DNA of 64,000 bases from Tubulanus polymorphus (Eukaryota > Animalia > Nemertea): contig NC_134034.1 of the NCBI RefSeq assembly GCF_964204645.1, positions 5,988,914-6,052,913 of the forward strand. The letters run 5' to 3'. Position numbers and translations under genes: made by a program. Under the pieces are notes generated by a model. The model worked only from the letters and a program-made list of their open reading frames with translations. It ran no database searches and was not told where the DNA came from. How positions within the stretch are numbered: position 1 is the stretch's first letter; each line of letters starts with the position of its first letter. This document shows positions 48,477 through 61,675 of this stretch, one piece after another.

Positions 48477-51400
48477 ACGGGATATCGACAAATTCAAGTT
48501 CTTGAATTACTCGTTTGATGGCGCTAGTCAGAACCGGCAATTGGAACCTAAATCCGCCATGTTCTAGTTCATTTGCAATAAAAATCTCTCGCTTCAAATT
48601 TTTAGTTAGCAATATTTTACTTACTATACATAGGCAAGCATAATCCTTTAAGTATGATATCCTGACAATGTGCTAAATTCGATAAAACCTCACTATGAAT
48701 GCTAAAGATCACTAGAAATGTCAAAAAACTACCAAAATTCACAAATTTAGCGATGACGCTCGAAGCAGCTAACGGAAGTAATGACTGGCGCCCGGTGTCA
48801 TCACTCTGTTGTTGAGTTCAAGACTCTAACGTAATTTATTGCAGGCTACACTGATAAATATGAAATAATATTGGGAAATAAAATTGATTTTTGAAGGACT
48901 ACACTCGTAGATACATAATAAAAATATGAAAAGTACCAGGACTCGAACCAACAATCGAAATTGGGCCGTCAAGTGCTGGCACCATGTGATACCTGGCAAC
49001 CAGTCTTTACATCTTTAGCCGTTGCAAAATGTTTTTTGATAATTTTAGGACACTTATAGTGATTTCTAGCCTTTGCAGTGAGGTTTTATCATATCCAACG
49101 TTACGGTAGATTATCATATTTAAAGGATTACGCATGACGCTATATAGTAAAGTAGAATATCGCTGATTGAAAACTTGAAGCGAGAGATTTTCATTGCAAA
49201 TGAACTAGAGCATGGCGGATTTAGGTTCCAATTAAGGTTTAAGGTTTATTTATTTCGCTCTAACCAAACATTGGTATATAGAGAATATATATATATAGAA
49301 TTTACAAAACCTAAAAACAAGAAAACAGAGATACACATAGAATAGAATAATAATAGAGATAACAGATATGTATATATGAATTTTACTTAAGTAGCTTGAG
49401 ACCAGCATTTACAAATCTAGCGAGTTTAATTAATATATTGTTATTTACAGCATTAAGGAATTGTGACATTTTAAAAGTGTTGGGTCTATTTACATAAAAA
49501 GGTGATAAGAAAACTCTTCGTATATTCTTTAGTTTGGAACATTCAAAAAGAGAATGGAATTCATCGCCGATTTTGTTAAGACTACAATATGTACAAATAC
49601 GTTCGTTTCTATCAATATTTACATTGCTAAGTTTGTTGTCAACTTATTTACGGCTACCGATCCGAAATTCAGCGAGACTATACATGAGGTGGTTTGGTAC
49701 AACGGATAAATAGTTTTCATAATCATATTTAAGTTCAAAGATTCTATAATTTACGCATATGTCACTATTTTGCAATTTTTCCCTCCATGTCTGAATGTTT
49801 CTATCTTTTAGAGATTGTTTTATGATATTTATCGACCGTAGATCGATTAGCTGGTCTTGCCACACATAGTTCAGCCCACAGTTTTGTATAATTTCCTTAA
49901 TTTGGCAAATCCAATCAGATACATATAAATCTTTTCTGTATAAGTCGTACAAAATATTATACATGACTAGATTCAGCTTTGACTTGTGAGCATTCAAAGT
50001 TTTGTTCCAATATTTAATCATTCTAAGTTTAATAGTAGTCGATAAATGTAATCTGCCAGTCTCGCCATATATCATAGTATTATGGCAGAATTTTGGTACT
50101 TTTAGAACTAATTTACAAAACCTTGTGTGGACTTTTACTAGTATATCGATATTTTCATGGCCCCATATTTCACACCCGTACAATAAAATTGGTGCCACAC
50201 AACAATCAAATAATTTAAAACGTAAGTCTGGAGGAAGATTACATCTTCTGCCTTTTTGAATAATAGCAAACATTGCTCGAACAGCTTTGTCGTGAATTGC
50301 ATTTTTCGCTTTTGTAAATTTTCCATCCCAATTAAACAAAATTCTAAGATAATTGTACTCATCTACTCTTTCCAATGTCTCATCACCGAATAGAAAATCG
50401 GGAAGGTTTTTTAATCTTTGCTTCGATCTTGCGAAAATCATTATTTTCGTTTTATCAATGTTGACGAATAACTTGTTTACTTGGCAATGATCAAAGAGTA
50501 TATTTAAATTGTTTTGTAATTCAGATTCTGATTCTGCAAATAGAATTGTGTCGTCTGCATATAATTATACAAATAATTTCAGTAATATCTCAATTTCTTC
50601 TTCAAAACTTTTTTGTATAGGTTGCTAATAAAGCTGAGTGAGTTACTATTGTTATCATTGAAGAATTTATCAATATCGTTAAGGAAAATAGCGAATAACA
50701 GGGGGGAAAGACTTTCACCTTGTCTAACTCAGATGTTTGAAGGGAAAAAATTTGAAGTATCACCTTTAAACGATACGCAAGATTTGGAATTCAAATAGAG
50801 GTTGTGAACGGTGTTAAAAAAGAGACCTTTTATACCTAAAGCCAGCATCTTTTTCCATAAAGCAATTCTCCATACGGAGTCAAAGGCCTTGCGGAAGTCT
50901 ACGAAGCAACAGAAAAGATGTCTACCTTGATTAAGGTATAGCTCAACAATAGACTTAAATGTGAATAGATGATCGGTAGTAGAATACCCCGCTCTAAAAC
51001 CTGCTTGATTTTCACTTAAAAGTTGATTTACCTTCATAAAACATGTGAATCTATTATTAAGGATATTTGTAAAAAGTTTGCCTAAACAACTAACTAGCGT
51101 TATACCTATATAATTATCCGTACAATTAATATTGCCTTTATTCTTAAATATCGGTTTAATAGAGCCTATAGTCCAGCTTTCTGGGATAATGCCACTCATC
51201 AATACAATATTAAAGAGTTGAAGAAAGGATGAGCGTAAGTTATCATCGGAATTTTTTATCATTTCATTACAAATTAGATCCATACCGGTAGCTTTGTTGT
51301 TTTTTAAGGAAGAAATGGCTTTATTTAATTCTTGCATAGTTATTTCAGCATTAAGCATAGAGTCATCTATATCGTCTAAAAGTAGATCTGTTTCCGTATC

Positions 51401-51850
51401 CAAAACTTCAGTCTCATCGTGAGCGTTTAGGTCAGCGAAGTGATTGAAAAAGTCATTGGATGTAAGGGTGACAGTGTCAGTTGGAATGTTAGAATTGCTG
51501 TGCGAACTTATCAATTTCCAAAATTGTTTTGGATCTTTTGATTCACAGGATCTTAGTTCATTAATGAATGTAGTCTCGGCGGATTTTTGACGTTCAAACA
51601 TAGCTTTTTTATAGTTTTTGCCAGCAATTTTCATATCATTTAAATTCGTATCCGATTTGTTATATCTATATTTGTTCCTACGACTATCAAATATCTTTTT
51701 TAGTCTCTTACATTCATTATCATACCATTTATGTTTCCCTTTAGTGGTTACTTTTCTAGGCCGACTTAGTCTGGACATACCACAGTTTTCCGGTTCTGAC
51801 TAGTGCCATCAAACGAGTAATCCAAGAACTTGAATTTGTAGATATCCCGT
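48477..51850. mobile_element. Non-coding foldback/MITE-like element with long imperfect TIRs; right arm split by LINE B
   Basis: 48477-48720 is the inverted copy of ~49030-49233 plus 51790-51850; termini ACGGGATATC/GATATCCCGT flanked by AT. Confidence 0.8.
49234..51789 (-). mobile_element. LINE B, 5'-truncated, inserted in the MITE arm
   Basis: RT motifs QAGFRAGYST.DH, FVDFRKAFDSV, QGESLSP, YADD; AATAAA plus (TAAACCT)n-like tail at ~49234-49255. Confidence 0.88.
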
Positions 51851-53128
51851 ATTGAGGATAATTAGTGAATGGTTCTTACACAAATCTATTAGCTGATAGC
51901 CTGTATTATTCGTTGTTTTGTCCTGATTATTTCTAGTAGTGGGAACGCCTAAATTAATCAACGAATCAACAATAGGGTCTACGTGATCATCTTGAATTAT
52001 CTGATTATCAGGTTCCAAAAAGTCTGGCATACAAGCGGTGTGAGCATTAAAGTCACCAGAAATTAACACATTGAAATCATACTCAACTTTCAATTTTAAT
52101 AACTCTATTTCAATTTCTCTGATAGCTATTTCTGAATAATAACGACTATTTTCTGGAGGAATAATTACACCTGAAAGTACATGTTTGTTGCGATTAAAAA
52201 AAATCTTTATCTGATAAATACCAAGATACAAACTGAGAGTCAGTCGAAATTGGTTTTATTTTATTTTTCAAGAACTTCCTGTATATGATACCGACGCCAC
52301 CTGCTCCTTTTTTGAAAACTTTTTCCTATTTATAAAGTGCGCCATATGGGAGGCGGGCAAGCTACAACCTAAATTACCGTCTAAATCATCTAAGTGAGTT
52401 TCAGTGAGACATGTGATGTCATTATTGCTAATGAATTCACTAAATTCTGGGATATCGAGTTTAGCTAAAAGGCCACATACATTCAGCGTAGAAAACTTTA
52501 ATGATGATTTGATACAAGGCATTTCACTTATGTTTGCTGCGTTTGCAGTACTAGTTAAATTGTCCTTATTTAAATCAGAAGTGTCAACATTTCGTATTTT
52601 TACATCAGAAATGACAATGTTAGGAGTTACATCAGGTACATGATTGTTACTAATTACATCAGGGTATGTATCTAGAGAATTTACATGCGAGCCAACGATA
52701 TTTCTATTTACATTTGGATTACTGTCACATAAGTTTACACTATTTACAAATTCAATAACATAACAACAACTTCGAGATACAAGAACAGTCCGGTCTACGA
52801 ATTGTACGTGTAGTCCCTCCGCTGGTTCCTAGTGGCTGTCCATCGGTACGCGGTCACGGTTTTCGCAAATAACGAGTTTGTCCCGAACAAAGAAAGCTTC
52901 TTTTCCGTTCGCTTTCGCGGCTCTCAGCTCAGGGAGCTTTTCGCGTCTTCTCGCCGCCCATTCCTCAGGTACCTGCTCATTTAGTCCTAAAGACGAGCCC
53001 GCGAGATTCTTTGCAACTGAACGTACCAGTTCACGATCTTTGAAAAACTCGAATTTCGCAACAATTGGGCGCGGTTTTTTCTGGTCGTTTTTCTTTCGTC
53101 CAAGGCGATGTGTTCTTGCGAATTTTAA
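51851..53128 (-). mobile_element. LINE A, 5' part (ORF1 C-terminus and APE endonuclease N-terminus)
   Basis: ORF1 RTHRLG..PRPIVAKF..DRELV; APE LNVCGL, CLTETH, IPPENS, GDFNAH, LIILN. Confidence 0.85.
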
Positions 53129-53263
53129 TGTGTACCAGGGCGATGGCGCCCTCTGGTGGAGTTTGAGAGAAATAGAGTTTATAATATAGCGATTATGGAG
53201 TTGGTTGTTCATTTGTCGTAGCTAGAGGAATCCAAAAACACAACATGGTGTCAGAAGTGGGAT
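53129..53263 (+). mobile_element. Short LTR (TG...ACA, ~117 bp) plus tRNA-Leu primer-binding site of a Gypsy-type element
   Basis: TGGTGTCAGAAGTGGGAT at 53246-53263 is complementary to the tRNA-Leu 3' end and directly follows ...CAACA; LTR start inferred from the break in LINE ORF1. Confidence 0.7.
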
Positions 53264-53300
53264 ACATTATATTCTGTCTGCCAAAAAGATAGATAGTCTC

Positions 53301-53452
53301 AGTAATAGGGGTTTTGTTGTTTCATACCAAAGGTCGAAGGGTCGAGTGAGTAAAAAATAAAAAATAAATTCTCGCACCCTCGAATTTAAGTTTTATTTTT
53401 TACTCACTCGCCCCCTCAACCTTTGATATGAAACAACTAAACCCCTATTACT
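53301..53452. repeat. P3 terminal 152-bp imperfect palindrome
   Basis: agtaataggggttt...aaacccctattact. Confidence 0.9.
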
Positions 53453-53531
53453 CTTAAAATATTCATATATATGAATAAAATATAAATGAATAACTTCTAA
53501 AATCAATTTTAATAAAAAATTTGATATTAAA

Positions 53532-56500
53532 ATGGAAGCAAATAAGTACTACTGCCCAACATGTAAAATCAATATAGATAAATCCCAAAAATCAAGACAC
53601 AATAAAACTAAAACACATTTAGAGAATAAATTGAAACTAGAATATAAAGATGATATATTAGAAACTAAATTAGATGAATTAAAGAATGAAAAAGAAACAT
53701 ACAAATGTGATACATGTAATCAATCATTCAGTGATAAAAGATATTATAATGAACATTTAAAATCTAAAAGCCATATTAGAAATATGAATAATGATATTTT
53801 AGGTGAGGATTATTTTGATAATGATAACGATAAGAAACATAAGACAATTAAAAGCATAAAAAATAAATTAAACAATAAAAGACCATACATGGAAGATGTA
53901 AGAAATTATATTAATTCATTAGATAATAAAAAAGATATAGAGATAACCGAAGCATTTAAAAGTGATATTGGTCCAGCAGCGATTGAGTTTAAATTTCATA
54001 AAGGAAAAACATTAGAAGAAAATAAAAAACATTTAGAAAATATGAAAAATATTATAAAAATAATTACAGATGTTGAATACCATAAAATAAGTATATATTC
54101 TAAAGTTAAATTCATAAAATCTGAAGATAAACCAATATATAATATAAATTCTCATTCACAACATATTATATCTAAACAACTTATAGATGATGAATTAGAT
54201 AAATGTTATAATGAAGTAAAAACTAAAATAGAAGAGAAATATTTTGAAGGATCAGGTTTAATATTTGATGAAATAATATCTATGACTTTACATGTGTATA
54301 ACACAAAATATAATAAGTTAACTAAATCAAAACCAATTGATGAAAATAATTTATCATATTATAAAGAACCAGATATTGAAGCATCGAGTTATATTAAACT
54401 ACCATTTAAAACTAATGCTGTAATAAATGTACAAAATTTTGATGATAAATGTTTTCTATGGGCAATTATAAGTTGCTTACATCCAACAGAAGATATTACA
54501 CATAGTTTTAGATTAACTCATTATAAACCATTTGAAAATAATTATAAGATAGATAAGTATCCTGTTATAATTAAAAACATCCCAAAAATAGAAAGAGATA
54601 ATAATATAAAGATAAATGTATTTGATTTAATCAAATTGCCAAATACAAAAGGTAACAATATAAAACATTATACATTAAAACCTTTATATCTATCAAAAGA
54701 TTATGATTCAAACGATGTTATAGATATATTATATTATGAGAATCATTATATGTGGATTAAAAGAATTGATTTATTTTTTAAATCAGAAAATGATTTTGAT
54801 AATAAAATATATCTATGTAGAAAACGTTTACATAAATTCAGAACTGAAAGTGCATTATTAAATCATAAACAATTATGTGAAAATCATGATTATTGTAAAT
54901 TAGTTTTACCAAATGAAAAAGATAAAATATTAGAATTCAAAAAATATGATTACAAAAATAAAGTACCATTTGTAATATATGGAGATTTTGAATCATTAAA
55001 TAAAGAACTAACTGATCAAGATAGAAAAGAAATATATTATAAAAGAAAGAAATTAAATTCTAATGAAAATGATTTTTCAGATGAACCACCAAAAACAAAT
55101 ACAATTAAAAAGATTCATCAATCAGCTGCTGCTTTCGGGTTATATATAAAATCTGATTATCCAGAACTAATTAAAAGTGAATAATATCAATATAGAAATG
55201 AAAATGTTATTAATCATTTTTGTGACTTATTAATTGAATATGAAATAAGATTTAGTAAATTATTGAATACAAATAAAGAAATAATTATGACAGAAGAAGA
55301 TAAAGAAGAATTTGTGTTTACAGGTAAATGTTATTATTGTGAAAAGATATTTAATTATAAAGATAAAAAAGTAAGAGACCATGATCATTTGAATGGAAAG
55401 TTTAGAGGTGCTGCACATGAGAATTGTAACTTACAAGCTAAGAAAATTAACTTTGTACCAGCTATATTTCATAATTTATCAGGATATGATGCTCATTTTT
55501 TTATCAAACAGCTATGTTATAAAATAGAAGAAATTAATAATGAAATAGAAAGATTAAATTCAAATAGATCGAAAGATAAAATACCAACTTATAAATTTAA
55601 AATGTTAGCTAAAACATCTGAGAATTATATATCATTCCAATTTTGTTGCCTAAGATTTATAGATTCATATAGATTTTTAAATAGTTCATTAGATAACTTA
55701 TCAAAATCATTAGTTGATGATGAATTAAAAATATTAAAGCAACACTACCCAAATAATGATGATTTCCAATTAATGAGATATAAAGGCGCAATTCCATATT
55801 CTTTCTATAAAAATCATGATGATTTTAACATAACTGAATTATTGAAAGAACAATTCTATGATGAATTAAAAAATGAATATGTTAAAGATGAAGTCTATAA
55901 TAGAACATTGAATATTTGGAATCATTTCAAAATAGAAAATCATGGGCAATTAGTAGATTCATATCTAAAATCAGATGTTCTATTATTAACTGATATATTT
56001 GAAAGGTTTAGAGATGTAAACCTAAAATATTTGAATATTGATCCTTGTCATTGTTATTCAAGTCCAGGATTAACATGGGATTGTGGATTAAAATTTACAG
56101 ATATAAAAATGGATTTGTTAACAAATATAGATCAATTATTATTATTCGAAAAATCTATAAGAGGAGGAGTTTCAGGTGTATTAGGGGATAGATATTTCAA
56201 TGTAAATGATAACCCTGGATATAAGTTATTATATATAGATGCAAATAATTTGTATGGTTGGGCAATGATGGAACCACAACCTTATGGAGTATTTGAAATA
56301 AGTGAAGTTTCACAACATGAAAATAATGATAAATTTGATTGGAAGAAAAGAATCCTAGATATTGCAGATGATTCAGATACTGGTTACTTCTTTGTTGTAG
56401 ATTTAGAATATCCTGAACATATTAAATTTAAATCTAGAAATCTAGCATACTGTCCAGAACATAAAACTGTAACTCATGAAGAATTATCAAATTACCAAAA

Positions 56501-57572
56501 AAGAATTAAACCTGAAAATCATATTCATACAGAAAAGTTAATGGTAACTCAAGAAGATAAATATAATTATGTAGTACATTATTGAATATTAAAGTTTTAT
56601 CTAAAACAAGGAATGATCCTAAAAAAAGTACATAGTTATATTTCATTTAGTCAATCTAAGTGGTTAGAAAAATATATAGATTTTAACACCAAACAGAGAA
56701 CTGAAGCTAAAACTGATTTCGAGAAAGATTTTTTTCAAGTTAATGAATAATGCATTCTATGGTAAGACTTGTGAAAATATTATAAATAGAAATGATATTG
56801 AGTTAGTAAGTAATGGCAAAAGGATAAGGCATTTACAATCATATCCTAAGTTTTTAGGTAACAGAATATTTGATGAAAATTTAGCCGCAGTTAAAATGAG
56901 AAGAACATCAATGAAATTTAATAAACCAATCTATGTTGGAGCATCAGTTTTAGAATTATCAAAATGACTAATGTATGAATTCTATTATAATGTATTACAA
57001 CCACTTTTCGGAGAAAAACATATAGAAATCTTATATTTTGATACTGACAGTTACATATTAAAGATAAAAACTAATAACATAACTGATGATTTAAAAACAT
57101 TAAAACATCATTTTGATTTCATAATTATCCTAAAAATCATGAATTGTTTAGCAATGATAATAAAAAAGTTCCCGGTAAATTCAAAGATGAATTAGGTGGT
57201 GAAGAAGTGATTGAATTCATTGGTATTAGATCTAAAATGTATTCATATAAAACTAAAGAACATGAAGCTAAAAAGTTAAAAGGAATAACCAAAAGTGTAG
57301 TAGAAAAGAATATTCATTTCAAAGATTACATCAATTGTATATTCAATGAAGAAGTTAGAAAACATAAGATGAGATGTTTATGATCTGAAGATCATGAAAT
57401 GTTTATTGAAGAAATTGAAAAGATAAGTCTAAACCCATTTGATGATAAAAGATATATTTTAGATGATGGAATTCATACTGTTGCTTATGGTTGTAATTTA
57501 GATGAATACTTAAAATTTAAAAGAGAAGAAACAAAAGAGAACGAGATAATGAAAAGAATTCTAACGTGTTAA
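53532..57572 (+). pseudogene. polB: Protein-primed PolB, intein-free, disrupted
   Basis: Highly similar to P2 polB; ILYFDTDSY uninterrupted. Confidence 0.95.
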
Positions 57573-57601
57573 TCAAATTTTAATAAAAATATGTATTATA
57601 A

Positions 57602-57943
57602 ATGGAGAGTAAACAAGCGCACAGTGAGAACAACAAATTATTTTTAGATAGAATAAAAGATACTTCAAATGTCAAATCAGTAGATTATAAATTTAAGAAG
57701 TTAAAAGAATTAATAATCCATAAGAAATATCTAATTACAAATATTGATACAGTTACTAACAAATATGGAGATAAATTAGTTATACACTTAGAATATGAAG
57801 GATTAAAAGGAAATACATATAAATTCAGAACATATTTACCAGATAGATTTCATAGATTATCAAGTGAAGATCTAGAAGAATTATGTTCTGGAGATTTCTA
57901 TTTCGTATACAAAGGTAAGAATGAAAAAGGGCACCATGAATAG
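57602..57943 (+). CDS. Small putative ssDNA-binding protein
   Basis: Homolog of P1 18997-19326. Confidence 0.6.
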   Translation: MESKQAHSENNKLFLDRIKDTSNVKSVDYKFKKLKELIIHKKYLITNIDTVTNKYGDKLVIHLEYEGLKGNTYKFRTYLPDRFHRLSSEDLEELCSGDFYFVYKGKNEKGHHE

Positions 57944-57971
57944 ATTTCGAATAAGAAAATATGTAAAATAA

Positions 57972-58726
57972 ATGGTAGAATTAAAAGAATACAGAACATT
58001 TGTTGATCCTAGAAAACTTACAAATTATAAATCACATAATTTACTAGTTCAATTAGATAGAGAATTCAAGAATTGTGTTGATTTAAAATTAGTTAATATA
58101 AGTTTATGTAATTCTTTTTACAATGTATCGGATAAAAGTCTTGAACATTTATTTTTTTCAATCAGGAGTAAGAATAAATGGAATTATCTATTTTTAAAAC
58201 CAGAATTATATAATTTAGAATCATTAACGCAAGAAATTAATAAAAAAAGCTCGGATCAAATTAGGTAGTGATGCTGGATTTAACATTAGATTTTTGAAAA
58301 GTGATAATTCTAATAAAATGAAGATAAGGTTAGCTCATAATGAAAAATATCAATTTTCAGTTAAAAAACCTGTAGCTAAACTGTTAGGAATTACACCAGA
58401 TAAACTTTATTCAAATGTTGATACTACACCAAATATAATACCTTACACACATTTCTATATTTATTGCAATTTAATTGATCCTACAAAAACATTTGAAGCA
58501 ACTAAAGATAAAACTTGCAATTCTAGTATACTAAATATTCTACCATTAAAAAATGTTTAAACAATTTGGAACTCAAATAAATTATAATTTAACAGAATGT
58601 GATTTTAAACCTTGCATTCCACATTTCAATAATTTCAAATTAGAAATAAGAAATCATAATGGATATTTAATTGATTTAAATAATTTTCCTGTGATATATG
58701 AATTAGTTATAAGATGTAGAGAGTAA
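57972..58726 (+). pseudogene. Penton, frameshifted
   Basis: Homolog of 34053-34808. Confidence 0.75.
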
Positions 58727-58742
58727 TTTTTTCATTATATAA

Positions 58743-60216
58743 ATGAATATAACTGTTGGACCGAGTATATGTTTTGGGTTTGATTTTAAACATGAGAAAG
58801 AAATGAAATTTAACATTAATGATGTAATTACACATATTAAAAATATTGCATCTTCTAATGAAACAACATTTGAGTATGAAAAAACAATAGATAAAGAAAC
58901 TTTAAATGTAGAAAAGATTACTAATTTAATTAGAGAATCTTTAAGATTTTATGAATTAGATGAAGATTTTATCATAGATGATATTAAAAACATATTAAAC
59001 AAAATATATGATAATCATGAAACTAGTAATGAAATAAATGTTTAAATAATTATAAATAAGATAACTAAATATTTTGATGATAGCAATTTTTTTGATAAAT
59101 AAATGAGTGATAATAAGTGGATAATAACTGGATTATATAATGGAGCATTACTATCAGTTGGAACTGTTGGTTATTCAATGGTATTAAAAAAGTATTCAAA
59201 ATGGGAAGTGTTAATGTTGATAGATTTGATATAAATGATATCTTAAAAATTAACATTAGCAGTTACTTTATCTAATTTAACTATTGATTATTTGGAAAAA
59301 CAAAAATATATTCCTCCCAAATAAATGCGTAATTATTTTACTAAATAAATGGCTTCTGCAATTATAACTATTATAGGATCGGCAATTGTTAACGCTTTAG
59401 CATTTACTGGTGGTTGTTATTTATTTAAGCATATTGATAAAAATAGTTCATTAGGAGAACAAAGAAGACATAACTTGGCATTAGAAAAATACAATAAAGC
59501 AGCAGAAGAATATAGAGAAAAGAGGCAAAACTATATGGATTATATTAACAAGGAATTATATGATCAGAAGATTTCACATAGAGATTTTCAATCAGTCGAT
59601 GATGCAATGAGTTTATATAACGCAGTAACCAATAATGAAAAATTACATCTATACAAACCTAAATTATCAGATTATTATACCCCAAGTAAAGAACAACAGA
59701 AATATGAAATAATATGGATTTTAGGTGGAACTGTTATTGTTATATTTGTTGCTTATAAATTTACTTATAAGTAATTTTTTTGCTAAATAAATGGATGATA
59801 ATATTGATATTATTCCTCATGATATAAATAAAACTAAATTAAAAATATATTTAGAAAAACAAATATTAGAATTTGAAAGTGATTTAAAGATAAAAAAGAA
59901 AAAATATTTAAAAAGTAAAATTATATATTATCTTATTATTAGTGGTTCGGTTAAAATTAGTTCTGTAATGATATTTTTAGCAATATTCAGTCCATTAACA
60001 CCTTTAGCTATTTTAATTGGTGTATTAGGATTAAGTTCAAGTGTTTTAACTGGTATAAGTTCAAAATTAAATATAAAAAGTAATAAAGAAAAAATTAAAA
60101 CTAATATAAAAGAAATTAATAAATTAAAGAATACACTAGATTATATAATAAGTTTAAATGGTCATATAACAGTTGAAGAACAAGATAAATTATTAAGAGA
60201 ATTAGTTAATTATTAA
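58743..60216 (+). other. P3 cassette of four small genes; 59349-59774 and 59791-60216 intact
   Basis: Colinear with P1 10228-11710. Confidence 0.8.
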
Positions 60217-60232
60217 TTTTTTAATTATATAA

Positions 60233-61675
60233 ATGGTAGATAGTTTTCCAAAAGCTTTCCAATATAATAAATCAATTAAATATAATATTCCAGCAATAGA
60301 TTTTAATAAAGATATTACATATAGAAATGAAGTTTTAGATTCATTAACTAATTTAGAAATTTATGTCACTGAAACTAATAATTTTAATGCAAAGATGAAA
60401 AATATATTTCATGTATATTTAATTAATTTTAAAAAATTGAAAGATGAAAAACAATGGTTATTAAAATCTAATATGAAGTATTGTCAGAACCAATTAAATT
60501 TTAGTGTTTATTGCGCTACAACAGGATGTGGAATGAGTTGGAATGATCATTTGAATAGTTCTAAATATAAATTAATTCAAAGTTTATTTAGATTTCATAC
60601 GTACTTTCAAATCAGAATAATATTAAATGAATTAGAGTGTGCTTTACCAGGATCTAGATATTTTAAAGAATTAGATAATAATATTAATTTATCAAAGTTT
60701 TATAAAATTTGCAATGAATTTAATATAGATATAAATAATTCTGATTTTAGAACAAAAATTGGAACAATAAGATCACTTCCTTGCCCTGAAAATGTTGCAG
60801 CATAATGTACACTTCCCATACCATCTAATAGCTTTTATAATATCTATAATAATAAATAAGGTTATGGTTAAATAGAAACAAAGGATTTAGAAACATGAAA
60901 TTTCAATAAATTACCGAAATTTTATGATCATTTAAAACAAGAAAACAATAATGGTTGGGTTTATTTTATTTTAGAAAATAGTGAAGGTTTTACTAAATCA
61001 GGTATACAAAGAATAAATCAATCTATTAGAACTTATTTGATATGTATTCTAGGATCATAGGTTGAAACAAGATCCCCAATAATTGGAAATTTTAATACAT
61101 CATTTGATACACAGACACAATTCAAAGTATTATTTGAAGATTCCATTCATAATGATAAAAACAGATCGATTCCAGAAAACATTGTAAGATATCAAAATTA
61201 TTCAGATAAATCACATATTAGATTAAATTATTGTATAGGCCCTAATCTATTAATTATTTCTAATGATTTAGTATTAAAGATGGGAAATATAATTGGTTAT
61301 AATAATCTAATTAAAACTGCAACAATAAATAATTCATTTGGATTAAATGATATAAATAAAAAGATTATTACTGCTCCAAAATTAATGGAAGGTGAAAAAA
61401 ATAAAAAACACATTCAATCAACAGAAACTAAAACTAAGAATATTAAATTAAATAATGATTCTAAAATAAAAGATTACAATACATCAGAAGATATAAAAAC
61501 TGATAATATTCAACATGATATAATTAAACTAAATGATGATAATGAATCCCATGAAAATACTAAATTAGCTATAACTTGTATAGGAATTGTAATCGGAGGA
61601 ATATTATATTTTAAATTTCAATTTTTCTATTATGTAAATGGATGTAGAAGGTGGAGAAGATATTGGAATGGATAA
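60233..61675 (+). pseudogene. NQLNF-motif protein, multiple stops
   Basis: Homolog of P1 11727-13115. Confidence 0.75.

Noticed and set aside
47497-48612. 371-aa ORF as one protein
   Set aside because: Its N-terminal ~45 aa are read-through from the MITE into LINE A.
49234-53212. Single full-length LINE
   Set aside because: A MITE arm remnant at 51790-51850 shows that the 5' part belongs to LINE A.
53246-53263. tRNA gene
   Set aside because: Only the 18-nt complement of the tRNA 3' end including CCA, i.e. a primer-binding site.
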